Shown here piece after piece: positions 1 to 9,309 of a DNA stretch of 64,000 nt. The translations under genes were made by a program, and so were the position numbers. The stretch lies in contig CAWETI010000003.1 of the NCBI GenBank assembly GCA_963812015.1, positions 1,184,001 to 1,248,000 of the forward strand, in the 5' to 3' direction. A model generated the notes under the pieces. That model searched no databases, was not told the origin of the DNA, and was given only the letters and a program-made list of their open reading frames with translations. The stretch comes from an uncultured delta proteobacterium. GTDB lineage: Bacteria; Desulfobacterota; Desulfobaccia; Desulfobaccales; 0-14-0-80-60-11. How positions within the stretch are numbered: position 1 is the first letter of the stretch; each line of letters opens with the position of its first letter.

Positions 1-165
1 ACCTCCCTATTACGGTAAATGTGCCAATAATATAAGCATATCACCCCCGCTTGAAAAGGGTTTTTCTCCGATTTGCACCCTTTTTTCTGCTGAGGGTGAG
101 GATTTCTCATGCGGCGCGCCGGAACGGGCGTCGCCCGCCCCGGCGCCCAAGAGCCGCACCGGGCC

Positions 166-1950
166 TTAACTGATCATCCGTTTGCGCAGACGGATGGATT
201 GGGGGGTGACTTCCACCAGTTCATCGTCGTTGATGAACTCCATGGCCTGCTCCAGGGTGAACTGGCGGGCCGGCACCAGGCGCAGGGCCTCGTCGGTGCC
301 GGAGGCCCGCATGTTGGTGAGTTTCTTCTCCTTGCTGATGTTCACCACCATGTCATCCGGGCGGGTGTTTTCGCCGACGATCAACCCGCGGTAGGCGGGG
401 TCATTGGGCTTCACAAAGATGGTGCCCCGGGGCTGTAAATGGAAGATGGCATACGGCACGGCCCGGCCGGGGCGGTCTGCGACCAGGACGCCGTTGATCC
501 GGCCGGCGATCTCCCCGGCATAGGGGGTGGTGCCCACCAGGAGAGCGTTCAGCAGCCCCGTGCCCCGGGTATCGTTCAAGAACTGGCCCCGGAAGCCGAT
601 GAGGCCCCGGGAGGGGATTTCAAACTCCAGGCGGACCCGGCCGGAGCCATGGTTGACCATTTTCATCAGCCGGCCCCGGCGGCTGCTCAGCTTTTCCGTG
701 ACGATGCCCACGAATTCCTCGGGAATATCCACCACCGCCAGTTCCAGGGGTTCTCTGGTCTCCCCGTCGACTTCCTGGGTCAAGACCTTGGGCTTGGAGA
801 GAGACAGCTCAAACCCCTCCCGGCGCATCATCTCGATGAGCACCGCCAGTTGCAGCTCTCCCCGGGCACTCACCCGGAAGGCGTCCCGGGTCTGCGCCGG
901 CTCCACCCGGATGCTCACGTTGTAGAGCACTTCCTTATCCAGGCGCTCCTTGATGTGCCGGGAAGTCAACAGGCGCCCTTCTTTGCCGGCCAGGGGCGAA
1001 GTGTTGACGGAGAAGATCATGGAAATGGTGGGCTCTTCCACGGTGATCACCGGCAAGGCCCGGGGGTCGAGGGGGTCGCCCAGGGTGTCCCCGATGAAGG
1101 CTTGGGGGATCCCGGCCACCGCGGCGATATCACCCGCCGCGAGGACCTCCCGGGAGGTCCGCTCCAGGCCGTCATAGCTGTAAACCTGGGTGAGATTGGT
1201 CTTGCCGGTGACCTGGCCCTTTTTCAAGAGGGCCACTTCTTGCCCCTGGCGCAACTCCCCGTTGACGATTTTCCCCACCGCGATCAAACCCACGTAGTCG
1301 CTGTAATCCAGGTTGGTAACCAGAAATTGCAGGGGGGCCTCCGGGTCGTAGGCGGGGGCGGGGATAGCCGTCAGCATCGTCTCAAACAGGGGCACCAGGT
1401 CCTGCCCCTGGCCTTCGGGGTCGGTGAGGGCGATGCCGGCCTTGGCGTTGGTGTAGATCACCGGGAATTCCAACTGCGCCTCGGTGGCATCCAGGTCGAT
1501 GAACAGATCATAGATTTCGTTTAAAACTTCCTGGATGCGGCGGTCGGGGCGGTCGATTTTATTGATGACCACGATGACCGGCAGGCCCTGCTCCAAGGCC
1601 TTGCCCAGGACAAACCGGGTCTGGGGCAGGGGCCCTTCCGTGGCGTCCACCAGGAGTAGAACGCCGTCCACCATGTTCAGGGTGCGCTCCACCTCGCCGC
1701 CAAAATCGGCGTGTCCCGGGGTGTCCACGATGTTGATCTTGACGCCCCTATAGATAATGGACATGTTCTTGGCCATGATGGTGATGCCCTTTTCCCGCTC
1801 CAGGTCCATGCTGTCCATGACCCGCTCCACCACCTGCTCGTTCTCCCGGAAGATGCCGCTCTGCCAGAGCATGGCATCCGCCAGGGTGGTCTTGCCGTGA
1901 TCCACGTGGGCGATGATGGCCAGATTGCGTAAATCTTCGCGAACTTGCAT
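166..1950 (-). CDS. typA: Translational GTPase TypA/BipA
   Basis: 594 aa; G1 [42 protein letters not shown]-terminal [14 protein letters not shown] and [14 protein letters not shown] typical of TypA. Confidence 0.98.
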   Translation of the reverse strand: MQVREDLRNLAIIAHVDHGKTTLADAMLWQSGIFRENEQVVERVMDSMDLEREKGITIMAKNMSIIYRGVKINIVDTPGHADFGGEVERTLNMVDGVLLLVDATEGPLPQTRFVLGKALEQGLPVIVVINKIDRPDRRIQEVLNEIYDLFIDLDATEAQLEFPVIYTNAKAGIALTDPEGQGQDLVPLFETMLTAIPAPAYDPEAPLQFLVTNLDYSDYVGLIAVGKIVNGELRQGQEVALLKKGQVTGKTNLTQVYSYDGLERTSREVLAAGDIAAVAGIPQAFIGDTLGDPLDPRALPVITVEEPTISMIFSVNTSPLAGKEGRLLTSRHIKERLDKEVLYNVSIRVEPAQTRDAFRVSARGELQLAVLIEMMRREGFELSLSKPKVLTQEVDGETREPLELAVVDIPEEFVGIVTEKLSSRRGRLMKMVNHGSGRVRLEFEIPSRGLIGFRGQFLNDTRGTGLLNALLVGTTPYAGEIAGRINGVLVADRPGRAVPYAIFHLQPRGTIFVKPNDPAYRGLIVGENTRPDDMVVNISKEKKLTNMRASGTDEALRLVPARQFTLEQAMEFINDDELVEVTPQSIRLRKRMIS

Positions 1951-1980
1951 AAACTCTCCGATAAGTGCAAAAAGACTATT

Positions 1981-2022
1981 GAGGGAGGGTGCTAGGGGCC
2001 GAGGGCCCCTAGCACCTCCCTC
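1981..2022. repeat. Long inverted repeat (hairpin) upstream of typA
   Basis: GAGGGAGGGTGCTAGGGGCC-gag-GGCCCCTAGCACCTCCCTC: 19 bp stem with a one-base bulge. Confidence 0.85.
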
Positions 2023-2065
2023 AAACTCCCTCCCCCAACCCCCATAAGGGAGGTGGAAAGAAGGC

Positions 2066-2115
2066 GTAGGGGCACGGCGGGCCTTGCCCGCGGTGTAGGG
2101 TGCGTTTTCCGCACC
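2066..2115 (+). repeat. Two tandem REP-like GTAG-hairpin elements
   Basis: GTAG-GGGCACGGC-GG-GCCTTGCCC (2066-2089) and GTAG-GGTGCG-TTTTC-CGCACC (2095-2115); a GTAG tetranucleotide followed by a GC-rich palindrome is the REP architecture. Confidence 0.6.
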
Positions 2116-2268
2116 ATATCAAAGCACCGGCGGGACGCCGGCGCCACCGATGATCCAGGAGTTTCACATGAGATGACAGCGATTCCGGGCCGGACAGGTG
2201 CCCCGTCCGGTGGCTCTTGGCTGGCTGTGGTCCGCGGCAAATTCCCGGCAGCAATTTATTAAACTTTA

Positions 2269-2297
2269 ATTATAACGGCTATGGGGTTATTGTGCAA
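2269..2297 (-). promoter_or_regulatory. Putative sigma70 promoter for typA
   Basis: Minus strand TTGCAC-N17-TATAAT, about 320 nt upstream of the typA start. Confidence 0.6.
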
Positions 2298-2472
2298 GGT
2301 CTCAGTGATATCGGGGTCAGAGGGAAAATCAAAGCGGAGCATGACGAACCTGAGCGTTCCCAAGCGGGAGCCTGGAACCGATTTCATGGTCGGGACGGGG
2401 CGCGACTTTAGGCTATGAACCCCCCCCGGCGCCCCGTTAATTGTAGGTATGATCTTATGCCGTTTTCTGGTC

Positions 2473-2496
2473 GGGGCGCACCCAGGTGTGCGCCCC
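2473..2496. repeat. Palindrome (REP-like or terminator) just downstream of the reductase-like gene
   Basis: GGGGCGCAC-CCAGGT-GTGCGCCCC perfect 9 bp stem, 8 nt past the stop at 2505. Confidence 0.55.
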
Positions 2497-2504
2497 AGGC
2501 GGGT

Positions 2505-3179
2505 TCATGCCGCCGGCAGGCCTAGTTCCGTCTTGAAGGTATCCAGGCCGATCTCATCGATGATCCGGCCCAGGCGCTTCTTTTGGTTCCGGTCTTTGTA
2601 CCAGTCCAGCAGTCGCTCGGACAGGGCGATGGCCTCGACATCCGTCAGGTCGGCGGCGATGAGGTCCGCCAGGCGGGGTTTGAGGCCCGAGGCGAACCCG
2701 CCCGCCAGCACCCGCCAGCCCTTGGCCGCGCCCACCAGCCCCAGGTCCTTGATGGCGGACTCGGCACAGTTGTTGGGGCAGCCCGAGACCCCGATCTTGA
2801 ACTTGAAGGGCAGGGGCATGCCGTGATACTTCTCATCGAGGTGGAGCCCCACCCCCACCGCGTCTTGCATGCCGATCCGGCAGAAGGTGGTGCCGGGGCA
2901 GATCTTGATGGACCGCACACAGAGACCGATGGCCGCCCCGGGCACGAGCCCCAGTTCCTGCCAGACCTGGTCCAGGTCTTCGGGCTTCAGTCCCACCAGG
3001 GCAAAGCGTTGCGCCGAAGTAAGTTTGATGGCCTTGACGCCATATTTTTCCGCCACGTCGGCTATCCGGCGCAGCAGGTTGAAATCGGTGATAATCCCGC
3101 CAGGAATATGGGGCGCGATGGCGTAGCTTTCTTTGTCCCGCTGGATAATTGCCCCCTTTTCCAGTAAATCATCAGCCAT
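2505..3179 (-). CDS. Nitrite/sulfite reductase ferredoxin-like and 4Fe-4S domain protein (stand-alone)
   Basis: CVRSIKICPGTTFCRIG and KFKIGVSGCPNNCAE siroheme/4Fe-4S motifs; start moved to MADDLLEKG (AGGAGG RBS upstream). Confidence 0.88.
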   Translation of the reverse strand: MADDLLEKGAIIQRDKESYAIAPHIPGGIITDFNLLRRIADVAEKYGVKAIKLTSAQRFALVGLKPEDLDQVWQELGLVPGAAIGLCVRSIKICPGTTFCRIGMQDAVGVGLHLDEKYHGMPLPFKFKIGVSGCPNNCAESAIKDLGLVGAAKGWRVLAGGFASGLKPRLADLIAADLTDVEAIALSERLLDWYKDRNQKKRLGRIIDEIGLDTFKTELGLPAA

Positions 3180-3451
3180 GTACTGCCTCCTATCAGAAAA
3201 TATCAAATACCGGATAATAATAATTCTTATCAAAAAACTTTCAAGGCCTAAGACCGGAAATTGTCCTCATTTTCCCGGAAAGCACCTGGTTATTGGTTAG
3301 TTACTTTTTGCCGGGCAGCCGCAGCCTGGGCTGGCGCCTTCCCCGTGTCCGGCCGGATCAGCGATTTTTGCGGCCATACCCACCTGGCGCCGGATCGCTG
3401 AGGTCCATGGACATCATTTCCCCGGGGCGCGCTGGAACAAGGCAAATCTCC

Positions 3452-3492
3452 TTGAAAACCTCAGCTACCTCAGGTACATTAATCCTGAGGTA
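3452..3492 (+). promoter_or_regulatory. Putative sigma70 promoter of the glycan locus with an operator-like palindrome
   Basis: TTGAAA-N17-TACATT (3452-3480); the -10 box is flanked by the perfect inverted repeat TACCTCAGG-N9-CCTGAGGTA (3466-3492). Confidence 0.55.
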
Positions 3493-3691
3493 TGGTTGGT
3501 TCACTTTTTTTCCAAGATTGCGCCAATCTAAGTCCAGGCAACCGGGCGGACCGGTGGCTGATCGTGATGGCCCACTCCCGATAGTGGGGCGGCTGCCGCG
3601 AGTACGCGCATGGTCGCCGGTCTCCAGACTGCGGTGCGGCGGCCCGCGGACCTTTTTAGTTCAGAACGTCCTTCGAAGAGGAGAAAATAGA

Positions 3692-4232
3692 ATGAACAAG
3701 GATGTTGCCTTTGCCACCGACCTCGTCCAAATAGAACCCTGGCCGATTACGAGGCACGCGCTGGTAATTGCCGAGGTGGGGATCAATCATAATGGCGATG
3801 TCAAAATTGCCAAGCAGTTAATTGACCTGGCCAAATAAGCCGGCTGTGATGCGGTCAAATTCCAAAAAAGGACTATCGACATCGTTTACACCAAGGAATT
3901 TCTGGATTCTCCAAGGGAGAGTCCCTGGGGGGCGACGCAGCGGCAACAGAAGGAAGGCCTTGAATTCGGCAAGGTTGAATTCGATGAAGATGAAATTGAT
4001 GCATACTGTCGAGCGGTCGGCATCGATTGGTTTGCCTCGGCCCGGGATGTCCCCAGCCAGCTTTTTCTCCGCCAATATAAGCTCAAATATAACAAGATTG
4101 CCTCGCCGATGGTCACCCACCTGGATCTCTTGAGGGCAGTGACGGAAGAGGGTACACTCACCTTCATCTCCACGGGGATGAGCACCTATGACGAGATTGA
4201 CGTCGCGGTGAAACTTTCAGAAGGCACGACTG
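3692..4232 (+). pseudogene. NeuB-family (N-acetylneuraminate synthase-like) pseudogene
   Basis: IAEVGINHNGDVKIAKQLIDLAK, in-frame TAA at 3836-3838, then the same frame continues AGCDAVKFQKRT...ESPWG...ISTGMSTYDEIDVAVK; frameshift and truncation near 4215-4232. Confidence 0.88.
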
Positions 4233-4447
4233 CGCCGGACGCGAACGTATATTGCGCTTGATCAACCTCTCTATGCAAGGGTTCGACGCAGCCGTAAAAG
4301 AATATTTGTCCGAGCATACTGTAACAGATGAATTTTATAGTAGTAAAAAATGGTGAAATGCATGAGGGTTGTCATTTCTGGCGTGTTTGTCCGTTAAAAC
4401 CCACGAAGTGATGTGTATCTATCTTCATTAGTATCCGGGGGCAATGA

Positions 4448-5668
4448 ATGACCGACATTACAAACCCTATCAAATATTTAGGCAATGAACTCAAGTATAT
4501 AAAAAAAGTTTTGGAGGGTGAATCGTGGTCAGCAACAGGTGGCAGCTGGACAATAGCTTTAGAGCGTGCCTTTGCTAAAAAGATCGGCACGAAGTATGCG
4601 GTTGCCTTCAATTCAGGCACGTCTACGCTCCATGCGGCCCTTGAAGCAGTCGGCGTTGGGGCAGGTGATGAAGTCATATCGCCGGCAATAACGGTCATCA
4701 TGGATACCACTGCTACTATGCACGCCAATGCTGTTCCAGTATTCGCTGATGTCAATCCGAAAACTTTTACCATGGATCCTGAGGATTTGGCCCGAAAAAT
4801 CACTCCAAAGACCAAAGCGATTATAACCGTCGCCATTTACGGCCTATCACCCGATATGGACCCCATCATGGAGATTGCCAAGCAGTACCATATACCAGTC
4901 ATCGAGGACAACGCCCAAGCCGTACTGAGTTATTACAAGGGACGCATGCTCGGAACCATTGGCGATGTGGCAAGTTTCAGCTTTGAGAATACGAAACACA
5001 TCTCCTGTGGCGAAGGCGGTATGATTGTTACCGACAAAGAGGCCTACGCTGAAATGGTGCGTAAGATAGGCGGACACGGTTTCAAGAACCTAAAAGCCGA
5101 CGAGGGCCGTATCAGGCTAAACCAAGATGTATTCCAGAACCCTCACTACAAGCGCCATGATGTGCTGGGCTGGAATTATCGGCTTTCCGAGTTCAACGCA
5201 GCCATCGCCTTGGCGCAGCTTGAGCGCGTTGAGGAGTTAGTCGATCTGCGCATAAAATCGGCCAACCTTTTCATCGATGCTATGAAGACCTGTGATTACC
5301 TGGTTCCCCAAGAGATTCCCGATGGATACGTGAACTCCTACTATACCCTCGGCGTTGTTTACGAAGGTCAGGACAGTATCGGGGTATCCTGGGAAGAATT
5401 TAGGAAGGCCTATATCGAAGCAGGAGGAGACGGCATTTACGGTGGCTGGAGCGTGCCCTATCTCGAACCAATGATGGTAACGCGCCAATTTGCGAAGCGG
5501 TGCCCTTGCATATACGAGAATGTCAGCTATCCCCGGGGCTTGTGCCCCGTGGCTGAGAGAATTCAGCCGAAGATCATGCAGTTCAAGACGAACTACCGCG
5601 ATGTGGAGCTTGCCGAGAGGAAGGCTGATATTCTGAGGAAGGTCATCAAGAGATTCGCGGCGCGGTAA
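4448..5668 (+). CDS. DegT/DnrJ/EryC1/StrS family PLP-dependent sugar aminotransferase
   Basis: NSGTSTLHAAL, IEDNAQA, SFSFENTKHISCGEGG (PLP lysine), GWNYRLSEFNAA. Confidence 0.93.
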   Translation: MTDITNPIKYLGNELKYIKKVLEGESWSATGGSWTIALERAFAKKIGTKYAVAFNSGTSTLHAALEAVGVGAGDEVISPAITVIMDTTATMHANAVPVFADVNPKTFTMDPEDLARKITPKTKAIITVAIYGLSPDMDPIMEIAKQYHIPVIEDNAQAVLSYYKGRMLGTIGDVASFSFENTKHISCGEGGMIVTDKEAYAEMVRKIGGHGFKNLKADEGRIRLNQDVFQNPHYKRHDVLGWNYRLSEFNAAIALAQLERVEELVDLRIKSANLFIDAMKTCDYLVPQEIPDGYVNSYYTLGVVYEGQDSIGVSWEEFRKAYIEAGGDGIYGGWSVPYLEPMMVTRQFAKRCPCIYENVSYPRGLCPVAERIQPKIMQFKTNYRDVELAERKADILRKVIKRFAAR

Positions 5669-5690
5669 TGAATAGTAGAGGGAGGTGGTT

Positions 5691-6752
5691 GTGTTCGATA
5701 TCGGTTTTTTCATGAGCTGTAATGAGCTGAAGAAGAAGCTCGCGCGAGGAGAAATAAAGGATAGGCAGTACATCATTGCCAGTCTCGACGAATTCCGAAG
5801 CAAGAAACCTGTTGTGTACAATATTGAGACGACCAATGCCTGCAACATGAAGTGTAAGATGTGTCCTCGTACGACGATGATGACGCGCAAGGTTGCAACG
5901 ATGGACAGCGTACTTTTCAGAGATATTGTAGACCAGATCGAACCCCATTCCCCTGAGCTTTGGAGCGAGTGGGAGTCATTCGTCCAGCAGGAATATGGCA
6001 TCCCGAAAAGCGCCATGAGCGAGAACCATTTTTTTCTCTACATTATCCCCCGGGTCATACAACTTCACGGCTATGGTGATCCGCTCCTCGATAAAGACAT
6101 GGCCGAGTACGTAGGCCTCCTGACGAGCCGTGGAATACCATCTTACTTCAGTTGTAATCCGGCTAATATCAACGTCGAAAAGACAACCGAGATATTCAAA
6201 AACGGTCTCGACTATATTAAATATTCCATTGAGAGTGTCGAGGACGAAAGCCATAAGCAGATAAGGGGCGCGGCATCTAACTTCACCGAAAGCTATAGGA
6301 AGATCGTACAACTTCTAGAAATCAAGAAAAAGATGAACTACAAGACTACAATAATCATTACAATGATAGATCTTAATCGAAAGACACAAAAAGAAGAGTT
6401 TATGTTGTTGAGTAAGGCTTTCGAGGGCCTCGATGTATATATCTACCTTAAGAGTGAGGACCAGCAGTGGTACCGGCAGGATTTCCACGGCACGAAATCT
6501 ATCCACTGGTCCGAGTTCTGCAAGCATCCCTGGATGTCCATGACAATTAAGTCCAACGGTGAAGCAGCCATGTGCATGGAGGACTTCGACAACGAGATAA
6601 TCCTGGGTGACGCCCGAAAGGAAACACTCTATAACATATGGAACGGCGATAAGTACAAGCGTTTCAGGCTCGACCATATTAATCTGACCAAGGCGATCAA
6701 GTGCAGTGAACGGTGTGACATGAAAATGGTTGGAGATTTCCTGCCGCGCTAA
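5691..6752 (+). CDS. Radical SAM/SPASM-domain protein (paralog of 14780-15874)
   Basis: CNMKCKMC motif, LHGYGDPLLD, C-terminal CKHPW...C...C...C; GTG start at 5691 chosen from the GGAGG RBS and the match to the paralog N-terminus. Confidence 0.9.
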   Translation: MFDIGFFMSCNELKKKLARGEIKDRQYIIASLDEFRSKKPVVYNIETTNACNMKCKMCPRTTMMTRKVATMDSVLFRDIVDQIEPHSPELWSEWESFVQQEYGIPKSAMSENHFFLYIIPRVIQLHGYGDPLLDKDMAEYVGLLTSRGIPSYFSCNPANINVEKTTEIFKNGLDYIKYSIESVEDESHKQIRGAASNFTESYRKIVQLLEIKKKMNYKTTIIITMIDLNRKTQKEEFMLLSKAFEGLDVYIYLKSEDQQWYRQDFHGTKSIHWSEFCKHPWMSMTIKSNGEAAMCMEDFDNEIILGDARKETLYNIWNGDKYKRFRLDHINLTKAIKCSERCDMKMVGDFLPR

Positions 6753-6783
6753 AGGGCAAAATCTTTTTCGGAAGGAGTTTTGA

Positions 6784-7656
6784 ATGAAAACCATCAAGAT
6801 CGATGGCCAGCTCGTTGGTGAAAATCAGCCAATTTACATGATCGCCGAAATAGGCCTCAACCATAATGGTGATATCCAGATAGCAAAAAAGCTCATCGAT
6901 GCGGTCTTCGCAACGAACTGGAACTGCGCCAAATTTCAGAAGCGTACACCTTCGATATGTGTTCCCGAAAGTCAGAAGAACCTGATGCGAGATACGCCCT
7001 GGGGAAGAATAACTTACCTCGAATACCGATACAAGGTGGAATTCGAGAAGGAGCATTATGACTATATAGACAGATACTGTAAGGAAAAACCCATCGCCTG
7101 GACGGCGTCCGTCTGGGATTTGAAGAGTTTGGAATTCATTATGGGTTATGACGTGCCCTTCATCAAGATACCATCAGCCAAACTGACGGAACATGCGTGT
7201 CTTATAGAGGCTTCAAAAACTGGTAAACCCATCGTTTTATCAACCGGCATGAGCACCGTCCCGGAGATCGATACGGCCGTTGATCTGCTCGAAAAACATG
7301 CCGGGGGAGGCTACGTGTTGATGCACACCAATTCCGTTTATCCCGCGCCGCCTGAGGAGCTAAACTTGCGGGTCATAAACTTCCTAAAGGAGCGGTACGG
7401 CTGCGTCGTCGGTTACAGCGGCCATGAGGAAGACGTGGAGCCCTCGGTAATCGCAGCTTCGCTTGGAGCAAGCCTGATTGAAAGGCACGTGACGCTCGAT
7501 CACCACATGTGGGGCTCCGACCATTTCGCAAGCCTCGAAGTGCATGGCATGAGCCTGCTGCTTAAGAGGATAAAGAATATCAATGTTATCCTTGGCGACG
7601 GCGTCAAGAAGCTCACGGAAAAAGAAAAAGAAGTCAGAAAAAAACTTAAGGGATAG
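6784..7656 (+). CDS. neuB: NeuB-family nonulosonate synthase, short form without C-terminal SAF domain
   Basis: IAEIGLNHNGD, AKFQKR, STGMS, MHTNSVYP, GYSGH, IERHVT, MWGSDH; 290 aa. Confidence 0.9.
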   Translation: MKTIKIDGQLVGENQPIYMIAEIGLNHNGDIQIAKKLIDAVFATNWNCAKFQKRTPSICVPESQKNLMRDTPWGRITYLEYRYKVEFEKEHYDYIDRYCKEKPIAWTASVWDLKSLEFIMGYDVPFIKIPSAKLTEHACLIEASKTGKPIVLSTGMSTVPEIDTAVDLLEKHAGGGYVLMHTNSVYPAPPEELNLRVINFLKERYGCVVGYSGHEEDVEPSVIAASLGASLIERHVTLDHHMWGSDHFASLEVHGMSLLLKRIKNINVILGDGVKKLTEKEKEVRKKLKG

Positions 7657-7663
7657 TAATCCT

Positions 7664-8425
7664 ATGAAAAGCGCCATTTTTATAACTGTCAGGTCCGATT
7701 CGAGCCGACTACCCCAAAAGGCTCTTCTCCCTATACTTGGCAAACCCACGATAGAAATGGTTATATTGCGAGCGAAGCTCGTCAGGAATGCCGATACCGT
7801 CATCGTCTGCACCACAGAAAGATCTATAGACGATGGAATAGTAAAGATAGCCTCTCGTTGCGGTGTCCAGCATTTCCGAGGTAGCCTTGAAGACAAGCTG
7901 GATCGTTGGCTTGGTGCAACGAGGCAATTCAACATCGACTTTTTCGTTACATTGGATGGAGACGACTTGCTCTGCGATCCCGAACTGATGGAGGCAGGAA
8001 TTGAGCAACTCAAGACAACGGACGTAGATTTCCTAGAGGCCCCTGAAGGTCTCATCTGTGGTTCTTTTACCTATGGCATCCGGTCATCGGCGCTTGAAAA
8101 GGTCTGTACCATAAAAGGCACCAGCGATACGGAGATGATGTGGGTCTATTTTAAAGATACCCGCCTGTTCAATGTAGCGACGCTCGCCGTGCAGGACCCC
8201 ATCTTTTTCGACCCTGATATCCGCCTGACTCTCGATTATGAGGAGGATTTAGCATTTTTCCAAGCCATTTTCCAACATTACCAATGCATCAATAACGATA
8301 CCCCTTTGAGAGTCATCGTGCCATTCCTGAAAAAACATCCCGAAATTGTGCAGTTTAACGCTTTCAGGCGCCAAGATTGGACAACGAATCAAAAATTAAA
8401 AGCGAAACTCATTTTGAAAGATTGA
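7664..8425 (+). CDS. Cytidylyltransferase (SpsF/KdsB-like CTP_transf_3 family)
   Basis: ITVRSDSSRLPQKALL, FRGSLED, DGDD, RLTLDYEED; start at MKSAIF directly after the neuB stop. Confidence 0.85.
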   Translation: MKSAIFITVRSDSSRLPQKALLPILGKPTIEMVILRAKLVRNADTVIVCTTERSIDDGIVKIASRCGVQHFRGSLEDKLDRWLGATRQFNIDFFVTLDGDDLLCDPELMEAGIEQLKTTDVDFLEAPEGLICGSFTYGIRSSALEKVCTIKGTSDTEMMWVYFKDTRLFNVATLAVQDPIFFDPDIRLTLDYEEDLAFFQAIFQHYQCINNDTPLRVIVPFLKKHPEIVQFNAFRRQDWTTNQKLKAKLILKD

Positions 8426-8564
8426 GTAACGTTTTAGAAATTCTACAATTGCATAAATAATGAGCACCTATCATAAACGTTTTTTTGGAAAACTCAAGCT
8501 ATGGTGGCATAGTATGAGCAAAATCTTGTTTGTTTATCCTTACAAAGAAGGATATCCTATTATG

Positions 8565-9301
8565 CCATGAAGCCGGCGGGGTTCCGGTGCTTTGGGATAT
8601 CCAAAGCACCGCGGTGGCTGAATGGGCCCGGGAGATTGCGACGCAATATGGGGTGGATTGCCGGGGCATGGCCGTTGACATCACCTCCCCCGAGGCGGTC
8701 AAAAGCGGTTTTGACCAGATGTTGTCCCGGTTTAACCGGGCCGACATTCTGATCAACAATGCGGCTAATGACCCAAAAGTCACCACAACCGCCGATCTTG
8801 CCTGGAGTCGCCTGGAGAACTTCTCCCTGGACCGCTTGCCTGCAAGATATGGCGGTGGGCTTAACGGGGGCTTTTCTGTGCAGCCAGACGGTGGGTTCCT
8901 CCATGGCCAGGTAGGGCGGTGGAGTCATCTTGAATGTCGCCTCTGATCTTGGGGTGATTGCCCCGGATCAACGCCTCTATCGTGAGGAAGGGGTGGCGGC
9001 GGATCGGCAACCGGTCAAACCGGTGACCTATTCGGTGATCAAGCACGGTTTAATCGGCCTGACCAAGTATCTGGCCACCTATTGGGCCGAGAACAACGTC
9101 CGGATGAACTCCCTTTCCCCCTGGGACATTCATACTAATCAGCCTGAAGCTTTCGTCAAGGAACTAACCGGCCTCATCCCTCTGGGCCGCATGGCTTCTT
9201 GCGATGATTACAGGGCGGCGGCACTTTTTCTGGTCTCAGACGCCTCCTCTTATATTACCGAGGCGAATTTGATCGTGGATGGCGGCAGGACTTGTTGGTA
9301 G
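8565..9301 (+). pseudogene. SDR oxidoreductase (PtmA/FabG-like) pseudogene
   Basis: DILINNAANDPK, frameshift near 8835, in-frame TAG at 8912-8914, then ILNVASDLG...YSVIKHGLIGLTKYLA...LIVDGGRTCW; N-terminal Rossmann motif absent. Confidence 0.85.
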
Positions 9302-9309
9302 GTATCTAA

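Noticed and set aside
109..1932. Long + strand ORFs (e.g. 439-1524, 361 aa) opposite typA
   Set aside because: Antisense shadows of a GC-rich gene; no recognisable motifs
3535..3660. Possible c-di-GMP-I (GEMM) riboswitch (GGCAACC..., GTCT-CC-AGAC)
   Set aside because: The conserved P1 GNRA loop and GCAAA/GGAAA-GCC junction are not present in the right order
3293..3691. 5' extension of the 3293-3838 ORF
   Set aside because: Overlaps the predicted promoter and leader; NeuB similarity and the RBS begin at 3692
3836..3838. Stop-codon readthrough or recoding in the first NeuB
   Set aside because: The codon is TAA and the gene is also frameshifted and truncated, so decay is the simpler explanation
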